Positions 24,253-39,566 are shown, counted from the first letter of the stretch. The stretch: 64,000 nt of DNA from Octopus vulgaris (GCA_951406725.2 OX597815.1:7874001-7938000), one strand, 5' to 3'. Made by a program: numbers and translations. Notes: generated by a model not told the origin, from the letters alone.

Positions 24253-25094
24253 CACACACACGCACACACACACACACACTATCGAAAGTTTTGGTTTGAT
24301 CAACGTGGGCCTGAAGTTTGCCGAAAGCAGGTATATTTATCCGCCCATTCTACGTTGATTCGCCTCAGGTGAGGCTGTCATGGAATAACTCTGCAGAGAA
24401 TTTCTCTCTCTCTCTCTTTCTCTCTTCTTTCTCCTTCACTTTTGGTGTGTATTTGTGTGTGTGTGTGTATGCGTATGTGTGTATGTGTGTGCACGCGCGT
24501 GTTCGTCTGTGTGGAGTTATATAACTTACACACTCTCATCAGAGTTGCTGTTGTTAGTGCTGCTTGTACTGCCGCTGTTGTTGTTGTTGTTGTTGTTGTT
24601 CTTGTTGTATAGCCCTAATACTACTCTCATCGAACCGACCTATGAACAAAGATCATCTTATCTTCTTTTTTTCAGGCATAGTGTATCAAGGAATACACGA
24701 ACTGATGTCTTCCCTTGATTGAGTTTGTCGGGTGCTGTGTAAGAGAAAGATCTAACTGCTATTTCTAGCGAGCCACACCTCGACATAGAGTCCCTACCCC
24801 CGTTGGCGTGTGTAGCGTGAGATATCGCTATGTGATACATTGTAGCGTGAGATAGTGTGACATAGTGTGGAGTAGTAGTGCGTAATATTACGCAGTACCG
24901 GAGAGCAATATACACTAGTGTGCTAATGCTATATAGTGCAGTAACATAGTGTATATTGGTTAAGTAGTTTGGTGTATTTAAAGGGTTGTAATGTAAATTG
25001 GTAAGACACCATCATCGCTCCTGTAGGGATACGAAGGAAATATGAAGCTACTTTTAAGCTGAAGGTCATAGTTCAACGATAACAGTGCCGTTGA

Positions 25095-25428
25095 AGGCGG
25101 CGAGCTGGCAGAAACGTTAGCACGCTGGGCGAAATGCTTAGCGGTATTTCGTCTGCCGCTACGTCCTGAGTTCAGATTCCGCCGAGGTCGACTTTGCCGT
25201 TCATCCTTTCGGGGTCGATAAATTAAGTACCAGTTACGCACTGGGGTCGATGTAATCGACTTAATACCTATGTCTGTCCTTGTTTGTCCCCTCTGTGTTT
25301 AGCCCCTTGTGGTTAATAAAGAAATAGGTATTTCGTATGCCGCTACGTCCTGAGTTCAAATTCCGCCGAGGTCGACTCTGCCTTTCATCCTTTCGGGGTT
25401 GATAAATTAAGAAACAGTTACGCACTGA
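25095..25428 (+). mobile_element. SINE family B, about 1.6 units
   Basis: Head plus duplicated central domain. Confidence 0.9.
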
Positions 25429-25945
25429 ATACCCAAATTGTGAAGTCAGTTATGTAATAACATGAAATTAATTACCCGATAGTAAGAATTCAAATAAAGC
25501 AGCCCCGAAAAGGGCTTTAATACGTTTCCAGAGTATATAGAACTTAGGATGAAATATTAATAAGGTATGTATACTAAAATAGTGAAGTATGTTACGTAAT
25601 AACAGGTTAACCAGATATCAGATGATAACAATTCAGAGTAAATAACGCTGTAAAAAGCTTTTGTGCGTTCGCAGAGAATATTACCCTCGGCGGGGCTAGT
25701 GTTGGTATATTCGTAAATAAGTTACTAACCGAAATAAGTGGATCTATTGTTTAGGAAAATACTATTTACTTGTTTAAATGTTGTACTGGATAAATTGCGA
25801 AAATAACTCAAATAGTTCAAATACTAAGAAATAAGCATGCTCAATTTGATTTATACGAAATAAATTTTTATTTCCCTTGGCTATATATAAGGATCACTTT
25901 CAGGAGCGAATGGATTATTTCCCTTGGGTGTTTAAAAATAATATA

Positions 25946-26328
25946 TCTCTCTCTATATAAACGGCAGTTTGTCTGTGTGTGTTTCTGTGTGTCTGTTTGG
26001 TTGTACCCTCACCCTGACCACGGCTTTCAACCGATTCTGATGAAACTTGACACACACATAGCCCAATGTCATAATTCAAAACTAACGCAGCGAAAATTTT
26101 GAAAAGTTCCCCCAGTTCTGAAAAAATCGATAAATTCGACATGGGGTCGAGAATCAGAAACACAAACCACAGACTGTCTAGGGGACGCAACTCGACCTTT
26201 TTTAACTATCAAAAAAAATTTACCATCATTTTTTTTCCATTTCTTTGCTATTTTTGGCTATAACTCTCTAAAAATGCTTTATAGTTATTTCCCTTACAAA
26301 CCTGAGCAACGCCGGGCGATACTGCTAG
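25946..26328 (+). mobile_element. Non-autonomous Helitron (family D), complete
   Basis: A then 5'-TC...; 3' GC-rich hairpin CCTGAGCAACGCCGGG, CTAG, then T; no TSD. Confidence 0.9.
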
Positions 26329-26974
26329 TTAGTTATATGTAGTAGATATAAGAATTCTTCCAGGAGCCCTATTATCGATTTTTTCAACAATCTAAGTATG
26401 TCACTAGTTTTCCTGGCATGCATTCAAATTTCATCAAAATCGATAAAACGATGTAGAAGGAGTTAGATAACAATGCCACTGACAAACGCACCCACATATT
26501 TCCACATATGTAGTAGATAAATGAAAAATGTATTAAATACTACAAAACGTACACGTAGGACAGACACAAGGACACTGATTCTTCCTCAGTTATCGACAAA
26601 ACATACTAATCTCCAGTTTCGTGCCTTTAACGATAAGGCTGGGAACTTCATATATCGGCAGTACCCGCAAAATTTGCGTGGAATTAGGGCTCGAGCAAAC
26701 AAGACAATACAGGGTAGACGTACGGAAGTAAACAAATGTAATTTAAAACGATAGACGAAGATAATAAATAAAGCCTTTCGACCAAACACGACAGAGATGG
26801 ATTAACGCCTGGAAGAGATTCTCAAATGGATACCAAAAATGAATTAGTAAGAGAAGAGAAAAAGTTGACCAGCACGTTGGGCGTCCGGTGGCGAAACGGT
26901 AGACAATAGAAAATCGGTCAAGAGTTACGTGCGGGCAGAAGATAGAAGTGAAGGAGGATGATAGAGAGGGAAAG

Positions 26975-26986
26975 AGAAAGAGCGGC

Positions 26987-27027
<41 letters not shown>

Positions 27028-27139
27028 GACAGAGAACAGGGAAGGAAGGGAGAAAGTCTACAATTAAGTGTGAGAAGATGAGAGAGATGGAGAGAGGAAG
27101 TACAAAAAGGAGTATTAGGACGAGAGAGGGAAAGAAAAA

Positions 27140-27190
<51 letters not shown>

Positions 27191-27235
27191 GAAGTAGGCA
27201 AGAAAGAAAGACAGAAAGAAAAAAAGGAAGTAGGC

Positions 27236-27267
<32 letters not shown>

Positions 27268-27268
27268 A
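26975..27268. repeat. GA-rich and (GAAA)n microsatellite
   Basis: Direct reading. Confidence 0.92.
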
Positions 27269-27434
27269 TATATATATATTTTTCCACAAAAGCATATTTC
27301 TTACGCTGATATGCACAAAATATGTCCGAGGGCCTGTAGACTAGTGTAAAGGAGCCGTTCGTAGCGTAAAAGAACCGTTCAAAATTCGTTAAGTGAAATT
27401 CAGTTGTGTAATTTAATGAATTGTTTATTATCCA

Positions 27435-27531
27435 TGCGTGCCACCTTGGACAAATGTCTTCTGCTATAGTCTCGGGCCGACCAAAGCCTTGTGAGTTGAT
27501 TTGGAAGTCGGAAACTGAAAGAAACCCATTG

Positions 27532-27535
<4 letters not shown>
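27435..27535 (+). mobile_element. SINE family A internal fragment
   Basis: GTCTTCTGCTATAGTCTCGGGCCGACCAAAGCCTTGTGAG...GGAAACTGAAAGAA. Confidence 0.75.
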
Positions 27536-27585
<50 letters not shown>

Positions 27586-27680
27586 TAAACCAAACAAGAA
27601 AGCACAAAAAACACAACAACGCGAGGACGTGGAACAAATATAGTATTATTGGACGCTCAGGAAAGAAGGAAAGAAGGAGG

Positions 27681-27715
27681 GTTTAACGTTTCGAGCGGAG
27701 CTCTTCGTCGGAAAC
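27681..27715 (-). ncRNA. Minimal type I hammerhead motif (Penelope-type) within a TA-inserted element (about 27582-27775)
   Basis: Minus strand GTTT-CCGACGA-A-GAGC(TCC)GCTC-GAA-ACGT-T-AAAC; palindromic stem III ACGT. Confidence 0.65.
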
Positions 27716-27774
27716 ATAGGAGAAGGAAAGATCCAGAGAAGGGAAGACAGAGGGGGAAAATCGCCAACGGTACA

Positions 27775-27923
27775 CCGGAGTAAACACATAAATGTGAAAC
27801 AAAGTGGAAAAAAAGAGTACTCAAATACTAGGGGTAGAGTAATATGCTTTATTTAAAAGCAGCAGAAATTCAGCAAAACCTGTTGAATTTTGTTGAATTT
27901 CTGCTGCTTTTAAATAAAGTATA
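27775..27923 (-). repeat. Interspersed repeat ending in a ~35-bp inverted duplication
   Basis: Reverse-complement match to 43365-43471; CTTTATTTAAAAGCAGCAGAAATTCAGCAAAA pairs with TTTTGTTGAATTTCTGCTGCTTTTAAATAAAG. Confidence 0.75.
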
Positions 27924-28251
27924 TATATATATATGTGTGTGTATGTGTGTGTGTGTGTTTTCATATATATATATATATATATATTTATGTCCCTATTTTT
28001 ATGTCACTTTAAGTAAAACCCTTGATTCAATAACACTGTGTATAAACTCTATATTTGGAATGATCAATTTTAAATACTATTGGATTTTACTCATAAGGTA
28101 TAGGAAACTTACATGTATACCATTCTGCCTAAAAAAGTGGAACTACAAATACAATATCCCTACACATCTCACATCTATTTTCTCTCCTCCACCTCACTCT
28201 CTATTTTGTATCTCATCTAAATTAACTATTACTTAACCATCCTCTCACACC

Positions 28252-28299
28252 GTCTCCGATGAAGGGATATAACAAACACTCTGGAAACAGCTGTAAGAC
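28252..28299 (+). ncRNA. Type I hammerhead-like motif (Penelope pLTR-type), stem II imperfect
   Basis: GTCT-CCGATGA-AGGG...CTCTG-GAA-ACAGCTGT-A-AGAC; palindromic stem III, GUA triplet, stem I GTCT/AGAC. Confidence 0.58.
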
Positions 28300-28362
28300 T
28301 TTCTATCTATAAATATTTTAAATTCTACACAGCCTTGGTTTTTTATCTCATTACGAAAAATG

Positions 28363-28407
<45 letters not shown>

Positions 28408-28533
28408 CTAGGATTGACTTTTTAAAAAATTCGGCTCCGCACAGTGTTACGCAAATCCTCACGAACACATAGCCATACTCTCACGTTCATAAAGTAAAAA
28501 TATTTCAGTATGCCTTTTATATCAGTACCACCA

Positions 28534-28534
<1 letters not shown>

Positions 28535-28608
<74 letters not shown>

Positions 28609-28679
28609 ACACACACACACACACACATACACCACACACACTCACACACTCACACACACGCATACATACACACATATAT

Positions 28680-28710
<31 letters not shown>

Positions 28711-28874
28711 CATACATGCATATAAACACATATATGTACATACAGGGATGTAAACATACAATCACATTGCATACATGTGTACTTAAGATACATTTATGTG
28801 TGTGTGTATATATATATATATATACACACACAAGTTTTGTATGTATGCTTGTGTGTATATGTATATGCAAATAT

Positions 28875-28913
<39 letters not shown>

Positions 28914-29501
28914 TATATACATGTGTGTGTATGAATGCATGAACATACATACATACTCACATACACACATGCATATATGTATGTGTGTTTGTCTTTATAT
29001 ATTTCTTAAGCCATTGAACAATCGGCTTCCATTTTTGAACTTACAAACAAAAAGCGCAACTATACATTAAAAATTTCCCCGACGGTCAAATTTATCTTTT
29101 GTTCGGGGAAATTTTATGCAAGAGTTTCAATGTATGTGCAGTGGTATGCGTTTGTATGCGTGTATTTCTGTAATGTGTGTGTGAGCGTGTGTGTGTGTGT
29201 GCTGTGTAGTCTTTTCGAATTCCCTTTTTTTTTTCTTTTATATTTTTTTATGATTTCATTTCACTGATCCTTTGTTATTTCAGAATAACATTTCTTCAAC
29301 AATAGCAACAACGACTGCAGATGATAAATGCACGTTCACATAAACATTACAATGCATACGCGCACACACGCACACACACATAGACACACATAGGCACACA
29401 TACACACATGTGCATCCACGTATACTTTATATATTAAAGTGCGTATGTATGCGTATGTAGATTATCTAGATGTATACATATACACATATATATATATACA
29501 C

Positions 29502-29558
<57 letters not shown>

Positions 29559-29648
29559 CACACACATGTATATATATATATATATATATGCACACACACA
29601 CATATATATATATATACACACACACACATATGTATATATATTTATATG

Positions 29649-29687
<39 letters not shown>

Positions 29688-29754
29688 GTAAATGTAGATG
29701 TTATATGTATATGTATATTTATATACATCCATACGCGCGCGTGAACTCACACAC

Positions 29755-29799
<45 letters not shown>

Positions 29800-29800
29800 C
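28535..29800. repeat. CA/TA/TG compound microsatellite field with short unique spacers
   Basis: Direct reading. Confidence 0.85.
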
Positions 29801-30789
29801 AAATATAAACGAATTCATGAGTGTGTGCGAATGTGAATACACACGCGGAACAAAAATGTAGCAACTACAATATAAATAAATGAATGATTAAATAAATAAA
29901 TAAATAAATAAATAAATGAATGAATAAAGCAGGCAGGTCAAAAGGAAGTAAAAGGCGAACAGTGATTTACTGAGCTGTAATCAACTTGTAATAACTGTCT
30001 CATCTTCTGATCATAGTTTGCCTGCAAACCATTACATTAATTGTTAAAACGAAAGTGAAAGTAAAATGACGGTTAAAATAAAAATAAAATAAAATCTAAC
30101 AAGCAGACGTTTGTATACACGTACACGTAAAAGCCGATACGTATATGTTGGTGCGTACGATTACGTGCATACATACATACATACATACATATACAAAGTG
30201 TGTGTGTGTGTGTATCTATTTTATTAATGCGTTTAGTGTGTGAGTTACTTCGATGTGTTTCTGTGCTGATAAAAGAGACACGCCTTCAATTTTCTTCTTA
30301 CATTGTTCCTTTGTTCTGTAACAGTTTCACCTCCAGCTCTTTGAAGAAAGCGAAAGGAAGAAATCAACGACGACTTTTACTGTTGCTACAGCGCATGCAC
30401 CTTTTTAGTGTCTTCAACCGCCATCACCGCTCTCTACTCTTCTCTATACATCTGCCATTTCCTCCATTCTCTCAAACTGTCTTTCTCTTATGATTTTCTG
30501 CTTTCCTTGCACAATATGTCTCTTAAAGTCTGCACCTCTGTCTAGACATAATCTCTCTTTTGTTTTCTCATCCCGTTCGTCACCATCTCTCTCTAGATTT
30601 TGTACCTTACCTCTAATATTTATATCTTCTCGTCTCGCTCTATCTCTGCCCTTACTCTGCACTTTCCCTTTATCTGTCAACCATTTCTCTGTCTCTCTCC
30701 TTCTGATTTATAGTCAATCTTCTCCATCTCACGCCTCTGATAATTCAATCAATTTGCTCTTTTCCCCTCTTTGTTAATCTCTCTCGCTC

Positions 30790-31310
<521 letters not shown>

Positions 31311-31812
31311 CAATCTTATTCCATATGCGTTCGGTTTCCTCCCCCACTCCCCACTAACTATTACTGTCTCTTCTGCCTTTCTCACTTCCTCTTCACTCTA
31401 TTGCCGACCGCTCCAAATCAGCGAGACAGACCCTACATGGTGGAATTAACTTTGCAGGAATAGCAGCCAAGGCTTCCTCACAACTCGCCCCATCGTCTTA
31501 AGGCAGCACACGTTTAGTAATGGTGGCCATAGGTTTCCTGCTCAGCTGGAATGCCTTTGATCATATGGCTGCCCAATTCGAATTTACCTGGGGTTAAACA
31601 ATAGCATCAAAGTCATGCTATCCCCCACCCCCATTATCACTTTGTTCTACTTCTATCCCTAAACTAACCCCCCACACCCACACACAATCACAATATTTCG
31701 CTATTTTTCACTCAATTCCTTATTTTCTATTTCCTTTCTCTCACACTGTCTCTCACCCTCACTCCGTCACACCCTTTTTACCCCTCTCTCTAAATACTTA
31801 CCAAACCTACTT

Positions 31813-31815
31813 ATA

Positions 31816-31878
<63 letters not shown>

Positions 31879-31884
31879 ATATAT

Positions 31885-31958
<74 letters not shown>

Positions 31959-32063
31959 ACTTACTTTCCCGAGCGTCAAACTGATACACCTGCTTGTTGT
32001 TCATACACCTGTCTTTGTCTTTTGCTTTTCTGTAAATTTCAACTATATACATATATGTATATG

Positions 32064-32117
<54 letters not shown>

Positions 32118-32230
32118 CATACATACATACATTCATTCATTCATTCATACATACATACATACATACATACATACATACATACATACATACATACATACAT
32201 ACATACATACATACATACATACATACATAC
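31813..32230. repeat. TCTA/TA/TACA microsatellites with a truncated copy of the 3650-3846 element at 31956-32044
   Basis: Direct reading; CGAGCGTCAAACT...TGTTGTTCATACA shared with 3774-3845. Confidence 0.85.
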
Positions 32231-32435
32231 GAGTACTGGAAACTTTATCACAACGATTGTTTCGGCATACTTCTGCACTGCTCCCAAGTGGGTATGAAAA
32301 GATATAATGAAATTGAATGCACCCCACAGTACAGAGGAAACCTCATCAGGTGGCAAAATAGGCGTCTAACTTATAAAATTTACATTCCGCTCATAGGAGT
32401 AACTGGATGATGTTGTTAGCATATATATATTTTAA

Positions 32436-32491
<56 letters not shown>

Positions 32492-32496
32492 AGAGT

Positions 32497-32905
32497 ATCC
32501 TTAAATCCTTAAATCCTTAAAAATGTTTTAGCCCGAAGGCCACGGCCATGCTGGGGCACCACCGCTGAATGTGCTACACGAATATGTGAATCCACCTCTG
32601 ATACGTGGCACTTGGTTAACAAGGGAGTTCGATGCTGCTGCCCGCATCTGTGTCTCCTGTCGTGAGGTAGGTTCATCTGGGACTCCCGACAAGAAGAGAT
32701 CCAGTTTATTTTTGAAGAAACCTACATCCACACCATGCAAGTCTCTCAGGCATTTAGGGAGGATGTTAAAGAGTTGTGGTCCTCTGAAACCCAAGCTGTT
32801 GCAGTATCTGGTCCTGTATTTTGATGGTGATGTTGGAATCTTTGGCATCATGCAGTGACGCCCCGTTCTGCTGTTGGGGTAACTTTGAATGCCAAGGTTT
32901 GGTAC
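32497..32905 (-). pseudogene. CR1-group LINE 3' end with (ATTTAAGG)n tail
   Basis: CNSLGFRGPQLFNILPKCLRDLHGVDVGFFKNKLDLFLSGVPDEP...SNSL, stop, short UTR, then about 3 copies of an 8-bp tail repeat. Confidence 0.85.
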
Positions 32906-33488
32906 ATATATATATATATATATATACCCACACACATATACTTTGCTGTCTGTCTGTTTGTTTGTCTCTTTGCCTGTATGGCTGTAAGTATGTGCATCTC
33001 TTCATATTTAGACTAAATTTGGTGTCGGAAATTGTGTAGAAGCTCATGTGTACGTTATTTAATATTCTCTTATTTGTTTTTCTTCTTTAAATACACGCCA
33101 ATGGGATTTCTAGATTATTTCTTTGAGCTCATTTCCGCTTCAGTTATGCCAATTACGTTGGCTATAAATATGTTCTGGACAACTACTTAGCAAATGACAG
33201 CTATGGAGGTAGAAACATGTACGTACATCTGTTCTTGTTTTCCAGACAATCAGATTGTCATGTTCTGTAATTCCTTGTTTCCTTTGAGATTATCTCCCCT
33301 TCTTCTTTGAAGGTGTCAGCAATCGTTACCTACCGATTGGTTTAGTATACGTTTTGCTGAAGCGGAGAACATTTTCAATAAACTAAGAATTTATTTTGTA
33401 TGCTTTTTAAGACACCTTTAGTCGTCTTTGCTGTTTAAATTCAGGCCACTGACCACTCTGAGATTATTTTTCTAGTACCGCTTTTATT

Positions 33489-33589
<101 letters not shown>

Positions 33590-33869
33590 TGCGCGCACAC
33601 GCACACATATGTTTGTGCATGTGCGTGTGGGTTTTTATATACGTATGTATTATGTATTGTGTGCGTGTGTGTGTGTGTGTGTCTGTGTGAACCCCGTAAC
33701 TTAGAGGTTCTGGGATCGAACGTCTGACTAAAATTCTTCAAGACGGTACCCCAGCATGGCCGCAGTCTAATGACTGAAACAGGTAAAGGTAAAACATACA
33801 TACATACACACGCATACACACACATACACACACACACAAACACATATATATATATGTGTGTGTATATAT

Positions 33870-35597
33870 ATAATATAATATAAAATCCGTTCTGTCTGTG
33901 TGTGTGTCTTCTAGGATCTCGGGCATCCTCCATCCGATTGCGCTCAAATTTGATATGTATATACCGACGGTATCAGGGCGTGTATAAGTCTTGAAAAAAT
34001 TACAAAAATCGATTCCAGGTGAGAATGCGATCGATAAAGCCGTGGGAACGTGCATTTGTAAAATCGTTTTCTTTTGTGATACATACAAAATTAAGAGGAA
34101 TGGCCACTAAAGTGGACACTCCTTATGCTAAACATAGACGTCAAATCGCCATTACCACGAAGAATGTGTTCTCAAGAAAAAAATTCAGCAAAATGCCAAA
34201 ATGTAAAAATGAGCATGACAAATGAAAATATACGAAATAAAAACGATTATCTATGTACCAATGGTTTCACTTGTTAATATCTACGTATATAACCACGCAG
34301 ATATCTGCAAGATCATCAGCATAGTCCGTCGCTTACAAAACACAATTTCTAGAACTAAATACCGAACGCTCAACCGAAATCGATTGTGTATAAAGTTCTA
34401 CAAATTATATTTGGGTGTATTTTTCAAATGCCTTCACTTTGACGCGCTGATGTCGGAAATCACTCTGCAGCAAATAAACTTTCTAGTTTTTGGAACATTT
34501 TATTTTTATTTGATTTTTTAAAAAATGGCAACAAAGTATACCGCTTTGAAGTGGCGAATTGTGGCCCCCAAAACTGGCTCAAAAATTATACTGAGAGAAC
34601 GCTGAAATGCGAAAAATTTGTTTGTCTCATTTTGGGATGGGAACAGTTTAAGGGCCGGTAGATGGGGTCGGATTGGCTCCAAAATATATAGTGACATGTA
34701 AAAAGAGTCGAGGAAGCGACTGGACTAGGTTAGAAACCCCTATCTCAAAAGTTGTAGTTACTAGGGCAACAGAACCTAAACTTTGACAAGTGTTTGCCGT
34801 TTCTCCCTTTTGGATATCACTCTTCCCCGATCTCTCTCTTTCCTTCTTTCCTTCCATCATCAATATCTATAAAGTTGAAATGTGAAAAAGTTGTTTGATT
34901 TCTTGGTCGTTTGTCTCATTTTGCGATGGGAACGGTTTAAGTGGAGGTAGATGGGGTCGGATTGGAGCCAAAATTTACACTGGGGGTAAAATGGGGTGGG
35001 TAATGGTGTGAGAAGGGTTGCAAGTCGCTCGGGGCTACCAATTGGTTGCCATGGTGAGGAATATGGGAAAAATTGAGTTTTATGGAATAGACAGATTGTG
35101 CTGTTTGAATAATGGTGGCTTTTCGTGTTGCTGCAGTGGCTAGAGGCGGTTATCTTTAATTGTGGGTGTAAAAATTTGGGGTTTTTGGAAAGGGGGATAC
35201 AATTTTTCAACTTTTAAAAAGAGTACATTTTTGCCCTATTTTTAGATTGAATTTTCTTCTGTTTGCATTATTTGGTTGACATGGGATAAAAAATTTTGTG
35301 TTAAAGTCCAAAATTTTAGCTTTCATTTGCATCATGAACCGTCAAAATATACCAGAAAAAAGTATCAAATTTCATAAAAGTTTAAGTAATTTTGAATTAT
35401 TTTTGTGGTTTTACGTGCACGCGTAAGAGAAAGCAAGGGGAGAGTCCGAGAGAAAGGAAGAGTAAGAGAGTGGGAAAGTGAGAGAGAAAGGAGAGAGAAA
35501 CAAAGATGGAAAATGTGGTGATAAGAAATAGAAAGGAAGCAACAGAAAGTAACAACCACACCCTCACCCGCGCGTAGAGCGGGTCACCTTAAGCTAG
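33870..35597 (+). mobile_element. Non-autonomous Helitron, about 1.7 kb
   Basis: 5' TATAAAATCCGTTCTGTCTGTGTG...CATCCGATTGCGCTCAAATTTG as in family D; 3' hairpin ACCCGC-GCGTAGA-GCGGGT, then CTAG and T; no Rep/helicase ORF. Confidence 0.75.
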
Positions 35598-35899
35598 TTT
35601 ATGTATAGATATATATGTAAAAGCATGCACAGTCAGATGGAATCCGTGCTAGCCCTCATTCATCAACTTAGCAGTCAGCTCGGTCGTCAAGTGTTTGGCG
35701 GACGTCATCACGGTTTCGTCATCACACCCCTTAAACAAAAGGGCCGAAGATGTGATACATATATATATAAATTATTTTTTAACTATATACATGATTATAA
35801 TAGGGGGTCAGCTTAATGCCTCACCACGCTCTGCTAGAAATAGACGTTAAAGTCTTTTTTAGTAACTTAAAATCTCCGAGAATAATACACTTATTACGT

Positions 35900-35961
<62 letters not shown>

Positions 35962-35980
35962 ATATGTATATATATATATA

Positions 35981-36201
35981 TCACGTGATCACGTGACCGA
36001 CCAGTCCATCAGATGTAGTTACACATCGCTGGTCACAATGCGTTCGCATTGTTTTAGCCTTCGAATGACGCCACCCTGCTGGCTAAGCGAGCAGGCCAAC
36101 AGAAGAAAGAGTACAGCAGGGATCACCGCCCGGTCTGGGAATCGAAACCGCGATTCTACGACCGCGAGTCCGCTGCCCTAACCACTGGGCCATTGCGCCT
36201 C

Positions 36202-36204
<3 letters not shown>
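35981..36204 (-). mobile_element. SINE with deleted family C head and a third type of 3' tail
   Basis: 36108-36204 matches the C head; 35981-36105 is unrelated to the other C tails. Confidence 0.75.
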
Positions 36205-36250
<46 letters not shown>

Positions 36251-36849
36251 GTTTGTGTGTATGTATGTATGTATGTATGTGTGTGTGTGTGTGTGTGTGT
36301 GTAAATATAGATTCGTGTATATGTATGTGAGGTGAGTCTGAGTCTGTATGTACGTGTCTACCAATGAATGTATATATCTCTTGTTTTTCAAATTTCTCGA
36401 ATCTATTTCACTGTCAATTTGTATGTCACCACGATTTCTCTCTCAACTCTCCCCACCCCTCTCTCAACTCACCTTTCCTCTGAACTCACTCTCCCTCAGT
36501 CCCAATCTCTCTATCTCACAGTCTCTCTCGCTCTTTCTCTCTCTCTCTCTCTCTCTCACTCTTATCCGCTCTCTATCTCTCAATTACACTGTTTTCTTTA
36601 GTCTCAATTCGCACTCTTACCTTCAGCTTCACCTTTTCTTCTTTTCTCTGATTCAGTTTGTCACTATTTCAGTCTCTCTCTCTCTCTCTCTCCCACCCTC
36701 TCTTTCTTTCTCCTCCCTCCTCCCCTTCCCCTGAAAACCATTCCATAAATGTCTGTCTACAAATTCACCAATCAATATGAATACACTTAATTGAAATATG
36801 ATAGAAAAACGAAAACTCACACACATACACAGACATACATAATGCATAC

Positions 36850-37063
36850 ATTCATATATGTATACATGTATATGTATGCGCGTGTGTGTGTGTGTATTTA
36901 TGCATTTATATATGTATGGATGTATGTTTGCAGGTAGGTGTATGTATATGTATGTATTTGTGTATGTATGTATGTATGTATGTATGTATGTATGTATGTA
37001 TGCATGTATGTACGAATGTAATGTTTGCATGCATGTATGTGTAAGTAAGTATCTACATATGTA

Positions 37064-37116
<53 letters not shown>

Positions 37117-37304
37117 ATGTATATATATATGTATATGTATGTATATATATACTATATATATATGTATATATATATATGTATTTATGTATATGTATATATA
37201 TATGTATATATATGAATATGCATATATATATATATGTATATATATATATGTATATATATATGTATATATATATGTATATATATATGTATATATATATGTA
37301 TATA

Positions 37305-37361
<57 letters not shown>

Positions 37362-37444
37362 GTGTGTGTGTTTGTGCGTAATGTATGTATGTATATATGT
37401 ATGCATATAAAGTCCTTGTGCAATTTAAATTTGTATAACTAATG

Positions 37445-37529
<85 letters not shown>

Positions 37530-37530
37530 T
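36850..37530. repeat. TATG/TA microsatellite field
   Basis: Direct reading. Confidence 0.93.
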
Positions 37531-37935
37531 ATGATAAAATTAATCTGTGAAAAAGATAAGTGAAAGAATTTATTACATTTCCGAATAGATTTATTTTTCA
37601 GATAGTTACTTGTTCAGTATATCTATCATTATTACATTATGCAAACCATAATGGTATTCTGCAGTTCTAGGAATACGTTTTTACTGTTGATTTACAGTTA
37701 AACACAGAATTATATTAGTTACCTTAATACTCCGGTTATCCTAACCTGCTACTCGTGTATTAACCTCGGTTTAGTGAATAAACATTAGTTTTTATGTATC
37801 CGCTTCAAATACAATTAAAGTAATCATTAATTTTTTAAACAATTGATAAGCAATTATAATAAATGTTTTGATTGTTGATAAAATAGTTAAGTAGAGGCAC
37901 CAGGCTTCTAAATGTTCTTTACAGATAAAATTCTC

Positions 37936-38370
<435 letters not shown>

Positions 38371-38704
38371 AATCTTAAACTTTTACAATATACTCTTTAA
38401 ATGATTTCAAAGACTTTAGACACAAGCGCGCGCGCGATATAGAACTATAAGTGTTGAACGCAACCCATCCTGAGATCAGTCATTCTCAGGCCTAATATCA
38501 CGAACTGCTAAATAAATAAATAATTAATTACTTAAGATATTTAGAGCTTCGATATTAATCTGCATGATTAATATGGAATAGACCTTAAAAAATCCCCACC
38601 CCCCAATCACATGAAACAAATACTTTTTTGAAGTATACTTATTTAGCTCTGCCTCAGACTTGTCTCCTCGAACCAAACTCACGACTCGACTTGTTACGTG
38701 AGTC

Positions 38705-39160
<456 letters not shown>

Positions 39161-39309
39161 GTTTCGTAAGCATAACACGGATGTTGATAGTCAAGGTTCC
39201 GAGTGAATCTCGACGAAGTGAATCGAATGATCAAAAATTGTCTTTGTTTTACTAAACCATTTGTTAAGGTAAACACACACACACACACACACACGTTATT
39301 TATACTGGT

Positions 39310-39566
39310 GTGGAGGCGCAATGGCCCAGTGGTTAGGGCAGCGGACTTGCGGTCGTAGGATCGCGGTTTCGATTCCCAGACCGGGCGTTGTGAGTGTTTA
39401 TTGAGCGAAAACACCTAAAGCTCCACGAGGTTCCGGCAGGGGGATGGTGGTGATCCCTGCTGTACTCTTTCACCACAACTTTCTCTCGCTCTTGCTTCAC
39501 GAGCAGGCTGTTCCGTTGATTCGGATCAACCGGAACCCTCATCGTCGTAACCGACGGAATGCTTCC
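39310..39566 (+). mobile_element. SINE family C, internally deleted, with long TSD
   Basis: Head and tail intact; (AC)n-N-TTATTTATACTGGT on both sides. Confidence 0.9.

Noticed and set aside
26520-26900. Very decayed RTE-like coding relic
   Set aside because: Only weak residue-level hints; not supportable without a search
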